The position numbers and the translations under genes are program-made. The notes under the pieces are model-generated. The model was not told where the DNA came from. It ran no database searches and worked only from the letters and a program-made list of their open reading frames with translations. From assembly GCA_002633005.1 (NCBI GenBank), contig NMRA01000648.1, positions 16,467-80,466 of the forward strand: 64,000 nt of DNA, written 5' to 3'. Numbering within the stretch: the stretch's first letter is position 1; the number at the start of each line of letters is the position of its first letter. This stretch comes from Phoronis australis. Its lineage: Eukaryota; Animalia; Phoronida. Shown in pieces: positions 1 to 10,508 of this stretch.

Positions 1-400
1 TGAAGGAAAAGTTCCAAGTAGAAATTTGTTTCTGGCATTCTAATGCTGTGCTAATCTCGTATGTTGGTAAATTTGTTTTTAATTCTATGTTTCTGTGGTG
101 CTTTAAGCAACTGGTGTATAGGATGTGCTTGTATTATGAAGATTACTCACATTTTGCCCCTAGCCTATTGAGGAGACAATGACCATGCCTTTCCATTTTG
201 CAAAGTACGCCCTCTACTGGCCACTTTATGGTACCAATAAACAACCCTAGAAGGATACCGTATGCGGTGCAATTGTGGGCGCATTTCAACGCTCCGCGTT
301 GCTCTTGTAGTATTATGGTGTCGGGAATTTGTATCAGACGTGCGCAGGCCTCGCATGTGGGCCCATTGCACTGATCACCTGGAAATATTTTTATGATATA

Positions 401-526
401 TGGTTAAAACCGAGCTGAGGAGCTAGAAACCTGGCTCAACGATTTAGCAGTGTGACCTGGTGGGACTTGAACCCACGACCTTGAGTAAAGAAAGCGGGCT
501 CTTATCAACCAGGCCACACTGCCTCC
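401..526 (-). mobile_element. tRNA-derived SINE (5' head plus part of body)
   Basis: Reverse complement reads GGAGGCAGTGTGGCCTGGTTGATAAG (A-box-like)...GGTTCAAGTCCC (B box); homologous copy at ~35790-35917 shares ACGACCTTGAGTAAAG and the AGCTAGA-ACCTG body. Confidence 0.7.
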
Positions 527-1079
527 TCTCCTATGGGGGTAGAGTGGGGTAGACAATGGCTGATGTTGAATTCATCAGTATATGTTTCATTTGTGAACCA
601 AGAATGTTCTAATAAATTATTAGAACATTCTTGGTTATTGAACCCAGGCGTGAAGACGTGTGTTGAAGATGGTCCCGAGAAAGGTCAATGTTTTACCCAC
701 CACAGGCAACAGAAAAAGCATTGGTTTTTGAACTTTCAGCAATGTTAACTCGCCTGCTCAAGTCCAATTGTAACCCATTGTGTATTGCAATTATTTCAAT
801 CAATGCAATGGAGTGCCTGATCTCTCCGGGAAATTTGCTCGCTACCTGGGAGATCAACCAGTGAACTTTTACTTGCCTGGTGGCTAGTACTACCTATTCA
901 GGTGAGCGCAGCTGCCGTTGTGCTTTGGGTGGATCTGACTAGTGTGGTGTGCCCTTGTGGACAATTTAATATCTACTGAATCTAGGGAACCTGGCTGACC
1001 TTGATTTTTGGATTCATAGTTTCCAGCACTGCTATGCCCCTGGTGGCAGTTTTAGTTTCTTACGTTTTCTTTCTTCCAG

Positions 1080-4000
1080 GACAACATGTTCCAGTTTGAA
1101 GTAGAGAAAGAAAAATATGCACTGAAGCCCATGAACTGTCCTGGCCATTGGTAAGTGTTGTGTAATGTTAACTTCTCTAAGCAATTGTCACTTACAAGGG
1201 CACTAGATTTTGACAAGCCGTGGAGAAAACAGATCTCAAAATATGGGACCGATGTGACTGTTACCCTTCCCTGGACCAAATCTTTTTCGTTTTCTTGGAT
1301 TTAGTGGTAATTTTCATGTTATTGGCTATTAAATAATAAGTGTTGGAGTAGGTTTTTATTTTTGAAGCATTGATCTCCATGATAGCAAGTAGCAGCATAT
1401 ATTCAAAAAAATAACAACGGTTTTAAAACTTGACATGTTTCGGTGTCATTTATTAAACACCATCCTGTATTATGACTTCTGAGGATGGTGTTTAATAAAT
1501 GACACCGAAACATGTCAAGTTTTAAAACCGTTGTTGTTTTCTTGAAGCATTCAGAAGGTATGCGTTGCTGCCTATTGATGATAGGCTGAGCAGGCCTTGT
1601 GTTGACCGACCAAGGATTCTGTGATTGAAATATTATGAAAACATCAGTTTGGAACTGGTCTGGACAAGCAAATGTTTTTACAGATTGCGTTATTTTTAAT
1701 GTGGGATTTGAAACTGAAAATTGTTTTGGATGTATCGCATCATCTTTTGATTGGAATTTAAACTTTTTGAAAGTATTGGAAATCATGCAAGTTTTCAGTG
1801 TCTTGCAAAATACAGAATACTATCAAGGTTACAAATTATGGCTTAAATTGGTTGGCAACCCTGCACAATCACGTTGTTCAATTCACCGGACACTGTTATC
1901 TTGTGAGGCACTATCAGCTGAGTCAATTGTGGACAAGTGGGGGAAATAAGTCTCATTGTTTTCAAGGCGTCTGCTTCACTTTTCATGTCATCTTATACCT
2001 CCACAGGATATACTAACTATGCAGACTTTGCTAAAATAGACCATCACAAGCAGAAACAAAAAGGGAGCTGAAATTCCAAGAGGCTCTACTTATCAATTGG
2101 TGTCAGCCCAGTCCCAATAGCCAACTGGCACACCACAGGTTGTCATTGCTGCTACTCTGTAACTGACTGTGTCTGTGTATCATTACTTGTTAGGCCTAGC
2201 AAGGTGGCCACAGTTTTTGCTTCTGAGGGTGGTGTTTTAAACGCCAAAACATGCCGGTTTATATCCATTGTTGTTTTTATTGACATATGCTGCTACTTGC
2301 TATCATAGAGATTACAAACAGGAACGTTTGTAATTTGAGCTTCATAAAATGAATGTCACACGTGTATGTATAGTCGTGATACCTTCTTAAAACTTCACGG
2401 AATTATTTTGTTTTAGCCTAATGTTTGACCACCGACCACGGTCGTGGCGAGAATTGCCACTTCGCATGGCTGACTTTGGCGTGCTTCACCGTAATGAACT
2501 CTCGGGTGCACTGCATGGTCTGACAAGAGTCAGGCGATTCCAGCAGGACGATGCCCACATATTCTGTCGATTTGATCAGGTTAGTCATAAAGTCTATTAC
2601 TCACCGTATCACTCATTGATTTGGCTAGTCACAAAGTGAACTGTTGCTGACCATAGCTCTCTTTGATCCAGCTTGTCACAAAGTGAACTGTTACTGACCA
2701 CAACAGTTCTTGATCAGGTTAGTCAATAGGGCGATGAATATTGACTCCTTGCAAACAGCCTCGATGTGAAAAGAGAATCTGGATTACTTATAATTACAGA
2801 GGTGATGACATACTATTGAGCACAGAGAGTTATAATATAGGAGTGTTGGCTTCAACACCTGACACCTTTACTACTTGGTTTGTTACAAGAAAAGGTCACA
2901 TGGTCTGCCTGGTGGTCTGCTCTAAGTAATACGTTAGTCGACGCTTTGAAATAATCACAGAATGTTTAATTTCAGCCACTTGAAACAGCACTGCGGTAGA
3001 CTTGATGATGACCGGGTGGTGAAATTAGTGGCCATCATTGCGGGGGAAAAATCCCTCTCATTTCCCGTCTTTTGAAGGCACAGACACTTTTTCTGTTAGA
3101 TGAGAGAGGGTCCTGGACTCAGAAATTGAACTATTACTGACCATGTTGCTCTTTGATGGGGTTAGACAGTCACAAAACGAGCTATCATTGACTGTAGCAC
3201 TCTTCAATCTGGCTGGTCGCAAAGTGAACTGTTACTGACCATATGACTTTTGATCTTGCTTTATTAATTGGTACATAGAGTGACTCAGTTTCATGATTGG
3301 ATGTGCCCTGTTTCAGATTGGGTCAGAAATGAAGGGCTGTCTGGACTTCCTGCAGCATATCTATGGCCTGTTTGGTTTCACCTTCAAGCTATTTCTGTCC
3401 ACACGACCAGACAAGTACTTAGGAGAGTTGGAGGTCTGGGACAAGGCGGAGAAGGTAAGAGGCGCATCCACATGTGGCAGGGGTAAGACAAGATGGAGGT
3501 CAGTCAATCTGTTCTCACCAGTTCCTTTCTGTTCACCTGCCATTCAGGTTCTTGTTGGCAATGGCAACCCACCTGCTGAAAGAGGATTGAGAATTGAAGG
3601 TCAAAATGTATCTTTCCCTTAGTTGTAGGCTTCAAACAGATTTTCCCCGACATGAACTCTGCTTACGTTTAGTGGATCTTTATTTGTTATCTTCTTGTGT
3701 GTTCCCTGAAATGAACACTGTTTCGCGTAAAAAGTTCAATTGTGTAAAAAAATGGTTTTTAATTGTTTTAAGGAATTGACGAACTCATTGGACGAGTTTG
3801 GTTCACCATGGAAACTAAATCCTGGCGACGGAGCTTTTTATGGACCCAAGGCAAGTATTAAATGGAGGCACTATGAGTGACTGTTAAAACATAAACTTGC
3901 TAAGTGCCGAAGTTCATGATTTGTACAAATTTATTATATTCTGTGGTCGTCAGGCTTCATTAATGTTTGGAAGAAGGGTACATGACTAAAAGTAAATCTA

Positions 4001-7000
4001 AACTTTGCTTCGAAGCTTAAACGATTTTCAACATTGCAGAGACTTCTTGAACTGTTAGAAAGTTCTGCATTTGGTTAAAATTTTATATCTTGCACTAAGT
4101 TTTGATTGTTTTGATTTGTTCTTATTACATCGGACATGGCTGTTTACCTAAGTACGGGGTTGGTAGGTATCCAATAGATGAAAATATTTAAAATCTGGCG
4201 AAAAACGTTGCCTCAAACTTAGCCACCTTGCTCAAATCTTTAAAGATTTTGTTAATAGTCTATCCAGAATTGTCAACTTGAAATGAAGTTGTCAGTTTGG
4301 AAGTACGCTGTAGCGTTTGAAAAGCTGACCATTGTTGAAATTGGATGAACTTCATCAAAGTTCTGGCAAAAAACCAGCAAAATTGGTGGGAAAATAAGAC
4401 TAGGCCATTTGAACAAGAATATGGTTGCTTAGAAATTTCGTAGATTTTTGACCTGAAGAAATATCAACTTGTTTCAAAGGTGCACTATGTGTTAAGTGGC
4501 TGCAATACCTAAGCAGCGGTGCAGTTAGAAAGTTCATGCTATGTAATCTTTATCATTGCTTGTACCCTATAGATTGACATCGTCATCATGGATGCCCTAC
4601 GGCGACCTCACCAGTGTGCTACCATACAACTAGACTTCCAGTTGCCAGAGAGGTTTAACCTCACCTACAACAGGTACAGGCGACCCTGATTGTCGTGTCT
4701 ATGATTCAAAGAAGGTTCATTTTAGAACTGAATAATGGACAGTGTTTAGACATTTTAGCGTGCAAATGCCTTTGATTGGTTGCGATAAAACAGACAATAG
4801 ATTAATATGTTATTAATAGATTGCTGGTTTACAAAAAATGTTGCGTTGGGAAATTTTTCCTGGTTACTTAAATATAGTTTGTACTTATTTGTACAAGTCC
4901 ATGTTTGTCATTTCCAAGGGACAATTTTGTGGTTAATGTACATTTTATTTATATTTTCATTGTCCCCCTTTGACTGTTGGATTTAACTATTTGTGCATCA
5001 GTTTCACCAAGTGAGTCTTTGTCTCGCTCTAGTGGCGAAGATGCAGCTGACAAGAAAAGGCCAGTTATCATCCACCGTGCTATTCTGGGGTCCGTCGAGA
5101 GGATGATTGCCATTTTGTGTGAGAACTACGGAGGCAAATGGTAAGTCAGTGGGTGAACACTCGCCTTGGTTGGTGTCATTTGTGGCAATATAAAATATGT
5201 CTAAAGTATTGTTTACCATGATGCAACTTACCGCAGAAAGGGCTTCTAGTATCACAGGAAGGGCTTCTAGTATCACAGGAAGGGCTTCTAGTATCACAGG
5301 AAGGACTTCTAGTATCACAGTAAGGGCTTCTAGTATCACAAAAAGGGCTTCTAGTATCTCAGAAAGGGCTTCTAGTATTACAGGAAGGGCTTCTAGTATC
5401 ACAGAAAGGGCTTCTAGTATTACAGGAAGGTCTTCTAGCATCACAGAAAGGGCTTCTAGTCTGTTTATGGTGACATGTTGGACGTTGGATAATTATAAGT
5501 CTATGTTATGCTTTAAATTTTAAGTTACGCACTCACCATGCATGAGGCGAACAAATTGTGTCTGAAGGCTGCTGGGAGGAAGTGATAGTCTTCAGCATGG
5601 GTTAGGAGCAGGAGAGAGCCGTCCTCTTCAGATTTGTATAATGATTAAGGAAAATTAGGGCATATTAAGAAAACATTTGACGGCATAGCATCCTATGGAA
5701 AAGAAAGGGGTGAAATCCATGGCGAAAGGAGGGTGGGCCTGATGGTGGTTAAGGGAGTGGAGACCACAGGGAGAAGTTTCTGTGGTGAAATTCTCCTATA
5801 CCTATACCCAAAACACCCTAGTTCAGATATGTCTACAGCTTCGTTATATCTCCCATACTTCCTCCTTCCCATTTGCACTCGCATGTTTATACATGGGCAT
5901 GAACCCGATGAACTTACTTTGTGCTCTCTACCTCAGGCCATTCTGGTTGTCCCCACGCCAAGCCATCTGCATCCCCGTGGCACAAGTATATGACGACTAT
6001 GCCAGACAGGTAGCACAGACCATCCATGACGCTGGCTTCATTTGCGACACTGACCTGGATGCTGGGTCCACACTCAACAAGAAGGTGCGCAACGCACAGC
6101 TCAGCCAGTACAACTTCATTTTTGGTGAGTTGCAGGAAATTGTGATAAAACGGTCTATTTTTGGTCTTGAGTGAACTTTGGAAAAAAGTAATTCCTTGAA
6201 CAAACTTTATCTTCTGATTTGAGAGCTCAACTTAATAAAATATAGTTAGCCAGTTCTTTTTTGTGCATTATTTTGGTTCAGTTAAGTAGGTTTTAATTAT
6301 GGTCGAAGTTTTTGGACCCAACAGTTACTTGACAAGGAATCAAAAACTGAGGATGTGCTCTCTAGTATTAGAGTTAAAGAATCACACTTTGCCCGGGAAT
6401 ACATCTGTTGACATGAATGATTATCAAGTTGACACTGTGTTTGCCTTGGTGCATATAATCTTGAAAGTTCAGAAGGCAAGGCACTTCCTAACTCAGGGGT
6501 ACAGGTAATCATCTTCAAAATTTTTGAGTTCACAAAAATAGCCCAGACATCATTAAGAACACCCTTGCAGTGTAGAAAACAAGCTATTAGTGAGGTTCTA
6601 GAGTGATTACATTTGATAACCAGCAAGTTAGAAACACTAGCACTGGATGCACTATTCACAGTGTTGTATAACTCACCTCATAAGTAATGAGATGAAAATT
6701 TCCACTGAAAATCTCAAAAATGTTTGTCTTTGAAGACAGTCAATTTGTCCATTGAATTTGTTTAACACTTAAGCGGGCAGGTTGACACATGGCAGTGTGA
6801 CCTGCATTCAATTGACCGATACTTCAGTGCGAAGCAAACTTTTGTCCGAAGAAAGAAATGCAATGTAATTACAAAACTTTATCTAATGGAAAATATGGAT
6901 AACGTAAAGAAATTTCCCCAGTTGTATTTTTTACAACATATTGAAAGTGCGTCCAAGAGGAGGAAGCCATCAAGTCAATATGCATCTATTTTAGTTTGAT

Positions 7001-7586
7001 TGTGTTATATGATTCAAAAGTAGTCTTGCACAAACCCTGGCAAAGTGAAAGAATTCACATTTAAAACTGCTATAAATTACCTTCTGCAAAATCAGACTAA
7101 CTTTTTTACAACTCTGATTAAACCAGCATCAACTTGTTCCATATTCAGATTTAAAACAATTGCAGGTGGTTTTTACGAGAGACAATTCTTGATGCAAAAA
7201 TGATCCACCATGTCAAGCCAACTTCTTGATCCCGGTCTTCAGCAATAACTAACTGCCCATTCTGAACGTCATGTCTGAAATCTATTGGTCTATTCTGATC
7301 AAGCCCAGATATTCTAATTTCTTCAGTAGGGATCAATTTGAGATGAGTTTTATGCAAGTGGCCTAAATCAGGTGTTCATTCTGGACATCAGGCCCATTCA
7401 TAAGTGTGACACCTTAAAAGTAAATAATTTATTTCAGTTGTGGGTGAAAAGGAGCAGACGAACAGCACAGTAAATGTCCGTACACGTGACAACAAGGTAC
7501 ACGGTGAACACTCACTGGAGGCTATCAAGGAACGGTTTACTTACTTTAAGGACAGCAAGATACTTGATGGAGAAGAGAATTTCTAG
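1080..7586 (+). CDS. TARS1: Threonyl-tRNA synthetase, cytoplasmic (3' part, 8 exons; 5' exons upstream of window)
   Basis: Exons 1080-1150, 2417-2579, 3317-3454, 3773-3850, 4573-4673, 5033-5140, 5937-6124, 7438-7586 join in frame (996 nt incl. TAG). Motifs [71 protein letters not shown], anticodon domain [23 protein letters not shown]. All introns GT-AG except GC-AG at 3851. Confidence 0.97.
1372..1541. mobile_element. Short non-autonomous Penelope-like/retrozyme-type insertion with inverted terminal segments
   Basis: Perfect 54-bp inverted repeat (1413-1466 / 1482-1535, 15-nt spacer); flanked by direct repeat TTGAAGCATT (1362-1371, 1542-1551); contains a hammerhead core; diverged relative at 2219-2312. 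Confidence 0.65.
1474..1521 (+). ncRNA. Minimal type I hammerhead ribozyme (Penelope-like-element type, palindromic stem III)
   Basis: GACTT-CTGAGGA-T-GGTGT(ttaataaatg)ACACC-GAA-ACATGT-C^AAGTT: stem I ACTT/AAGT, core CUGANGA, 5-bp stem II, GAAA, palindromic ACAUGU stem III, GUC cleavage triplet ending at 1516. Confidence 0.72.
2219..2312 (+). mobile_element. Degenerate second copy of the hammerhead-bearing repeat
   Basis: CTTCTGAGGGTGGTGTTTTAAACGCCAAAACATGCC...ATATGCTGCTACTTGCTATCATAGAGAT aligns to 1476-1540 and to the reverse complement of 1373-1400; catalytic positions mutated. Confidence 0.6.
2570..3260. repeat. Degenerate ~55-bp repeat units in TARS intron (2570-2730 and 3125-3260)
   Basis: Recurrent GTCACAAAGTGAACTGTT(A/G)CTGACCA...TTTGATC; one unit includes the exon end and donor TTGATCAG/GTTAGTCA, repeated at ~2710-2726. 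Confidence 0.6.
5236..5460. repeat. 21-bp minisatellite, ~10.5 copies
   Basis: Unit AAGGGCTTCTAGTATCACAG(G/A); explains the spurious ORFs 5004-5444 and 5197-5523. Confidence 0.95.
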
Positions 7587-8799
7587 TCAGACATCATGTG
7601 AATGCTAATGATTTAAGCTGTGACAGTGTGTGGTTAGTGTAAACTGTAACTGTCAATCAAAATAATTGGAAATCTCTTACATTGTGATGGCTTGATATTT
7701 CATAGCCTCTGGTTGTCTGTGTTTAAGGCTGGAAAGCATTACATTTAGAGAAAGATGTTTTTGGGCCTTGAAATTCAATCTACTTTGGAATACTATGGTC
7801 AGTGTCCCAAAATGAATATTCAATCAATAGAAAATGGAGTTGCTTTTCTATGGTGGGTGGATCTGGTTGCCCAGATTTGTTGCTTGAGGGTTAGAAGTAC
7901 TACCAGGTAATTACAAAAGAAGTTCCATCGACCTTAAGCCTTAGTGGGATTCTTTCGGAAACGAGGATGGAAAAAGACTCCATGAGGGCTCTTTCAGGAT
8001 AGTTTAGACACTGAGTGAAGGAAAATGTACCAAGGTGTGACTAGTTCTAAAATTTTGATCCTCACAGTGTCAAAACATTTCGGATTTATCGATGACTTGT
8101 CATTGAGTGCATTGCCAGACTACTCTTGCTATATATTATCTGATCAGTATTCATACATTATGCTTTGTCAAGTTACTGACTGTCTTTCATGTTTAAAGGT
8201 TTGATAAACTACGGACCCACATTGGTAAGGTCACAATGAGAACCCATGAATGTGAACCATTTTATTTTTTATTTTCTAATCCCATGTTCAGTCACTTGCT
8301 CCCATTGTACAATTTTTATTGTCCACTGGTAAATAAGGTCGGCAGTATGACATTCAATTAAGAGCCTCACCACTTCTTTTGAAAGAGCGCCCTCAGAACT
8401 TTGGTGCATATTCACTTCAGGAAAGTGAAGGTTTCTGAAAGCTCCTAGGGGAAATCCTAGTACAGATAAATTGTAAATGAAATTGGTTTCGTTATTCACT
8501 GATGTGGAATTACTGATTTACGCTTATGGCCGAGTTATAAGATGGATTATATATACATATACAACACTAAGTGCTTCTTTGGTTTGGACTGAAGTATTTT
8601 GGTGTCATATAAGTTTTTTTTTTCGTGAAATAGGGTATACGTCTTTTCTTGTGTAATGAGCAAACAGGTGACTAGATGGCTGCATAAGTTATTTCGAATG
8701 GCTTGAAAATTCCATAAAAGTTATATACAGAGCAGTTTGTGGCAGTGCAATAACCACTGATCAATGTCTCCTTTGTACAATTCGCACAATGTAATAATT

Positions 8800-9700
8800 G
8801 TAATAAATTAATGTACTTTCTGTTCTATGCTTCTTAAGATTGAATACCACTGCCCCAGGAAACCTGAGCCATGTTGAGCTATTCTCAGGCTGGAAAAGTT
8901 CAATCAACCACAGAATTTTTTCAACGGAGGGTGGAAACGATTCCATTGTGCCTCTTAAACCCAACTATGATCCACTAAACCCTCGTCTCAAGGCAGCAAA
9001 TGCCAAACCTGCAGTACAAATTCCATATCTGGGCCTTAAACTTAACTCTTGTGCCGAAATTTGTGCCAAAATATTTCAATCCTCGGAACCAGTCTGGGTC
9101 TGCATTTTAATGGCTGCGTATGAAGAATGTTTGGTGCCGAGCTGAGTTTAGAGGTATGGGTATCACCGTATGGAATCTTTACTGCTATTTGGGGGTGGTG
9201 GGAATGGGGTTTAGGGGACCATAGCTGGAATTTCCACACAAATCTATGATTTGTAACATTGGCAGAGCTGCTAACAGTTTATACTGGGATTGGCCAACCT
9301 TAAGTTGGAAATTCCAAAACGGTGCATGTGCGCTTTCCTTGTGAAGAGTTGCCGACTCATTCAGCATCAATTGAAGATGGGATGGGTGAAGAAATAGTCA
9401 CCTTCAACCTTCAAAATTAACATCGCATTTAACAGGTGGGGGGACTTGGTGAGAAAACGAGGAAATGGTCCATGGGTATCTCCACCATGCTCCTTAAGGC
9501 ACCAATGACTGCTAAAACAGGAAACAACTCAACTGATACTTGGCGGAGCACGGGAAAAGTACTATATGGTGGACTGCTGTAGTGAGGTCTACAACAATTG
9601 CTTGCTGGTTTATCACTGAAGGGTTTGTCAAGTAACGGGCACATTCAAATAACAAACAACTGGAGCTGTTATGATAACAATATAAACAGTGTTTCTCCCT
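8800..9700 (-). mobile_element. Possible highly decayed non-LTR retrotransposon fragment (RNase H-like peptide)
   Basis: Minus-strand peptide SVELFPVLAVIGALRSMVEIPMDHFLVFS loosely resembles the AEL.AI..AL....F.IFSDS segment of I-clade RNase H; many stops; boundaries uncertain. Confidence 0.25.
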
Positions 9701-10508
9701 ATGAGAGGCATGCCAACAACATACGCCACTTAACATTTAAGTGATGTTTTTGTAATTGTCAGTTCCTAGAATTACTTCAAACAATATCTACCCCACAACT
9801 GAACACAATATGTGTATGGTCAGTAGTCAGCCATTGTAAAGTAAAATGAACACTGTATGACCTCCCCAACTTTGGAAAAATTAATCCTCAAAATTTGTTT
9901 TTCATTTTTCAAAGGCTAACCTTGTTGTGTATGTCCAGAATTTTTCATAGCTGTGGTATACACGTTTGGTGCCCAAGTTGAGACTTTACTGCACAGAAGT
10001 GAGAGTCAGCCAGTAGTGTTACTTCATCGATGTTAATAAAGCCTCGTCTGCACACTCCCTTTTTTGTAACAAAAGTTTATACATGACAAATCTGAGAGTT
10101 TAGACAGATGTTCTAAGTCAGATTTTTAAGGTAAACATTCAACTATAACATCGATTAAAATAAAGCTCGACCAATTTCATGCCGTCTTGTGCTCTAATGA
10201 TTGCTAACCAACCACTACATATTATTTTCGACTCTAGGCCTACTCCATGGATCGAAAACATGCGAAGTGCTGTGAATGCAAAGTTACAGCACACCAGAAA
10301 TGGCATCAATGATGCTCAAAGTCATACATGACTTCTCAGTGTGTGCAGCGAACAGCAATTCGTATTAATTTAACATAGATTTGAAACAATGGTTTGTATT
10401 TTTATTAAGAATAACACATACAGTCACCATCTGGAGATGTTGACTATGAAGAAGAGTCAGTGCTTGAAGTACATCACAGACTGAAAATTTTTAACTCTCG
10501 TCTTATTT

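Noticed and set aside
455-526. tRNA gene
   Set aside because: A and B boxes are present but the cloverleaf is incomplete and the sequence continues into a repeat body shared with 35790-35917; it is a SINE.
5002-5010. Possible 9-nt microexon (CAG/TTTCACCAA/GTGAGT) before the TARS exon at 5033
   Set aside because: The downstream intron would be only 22 nt, and use as an alternative acceptor adds 31 nt, a frameshift.
5004-5523. ORFs with LEALPVI / RASSITG heptad repeats
   Set aside because: Translations of the 21-bp intronic minisatellite.
8062-8110. Possible further hammerhead on the minus strand (..CCGAAATGTT..)
   Set aside because: No CUGANGA box and no convincing stem II.
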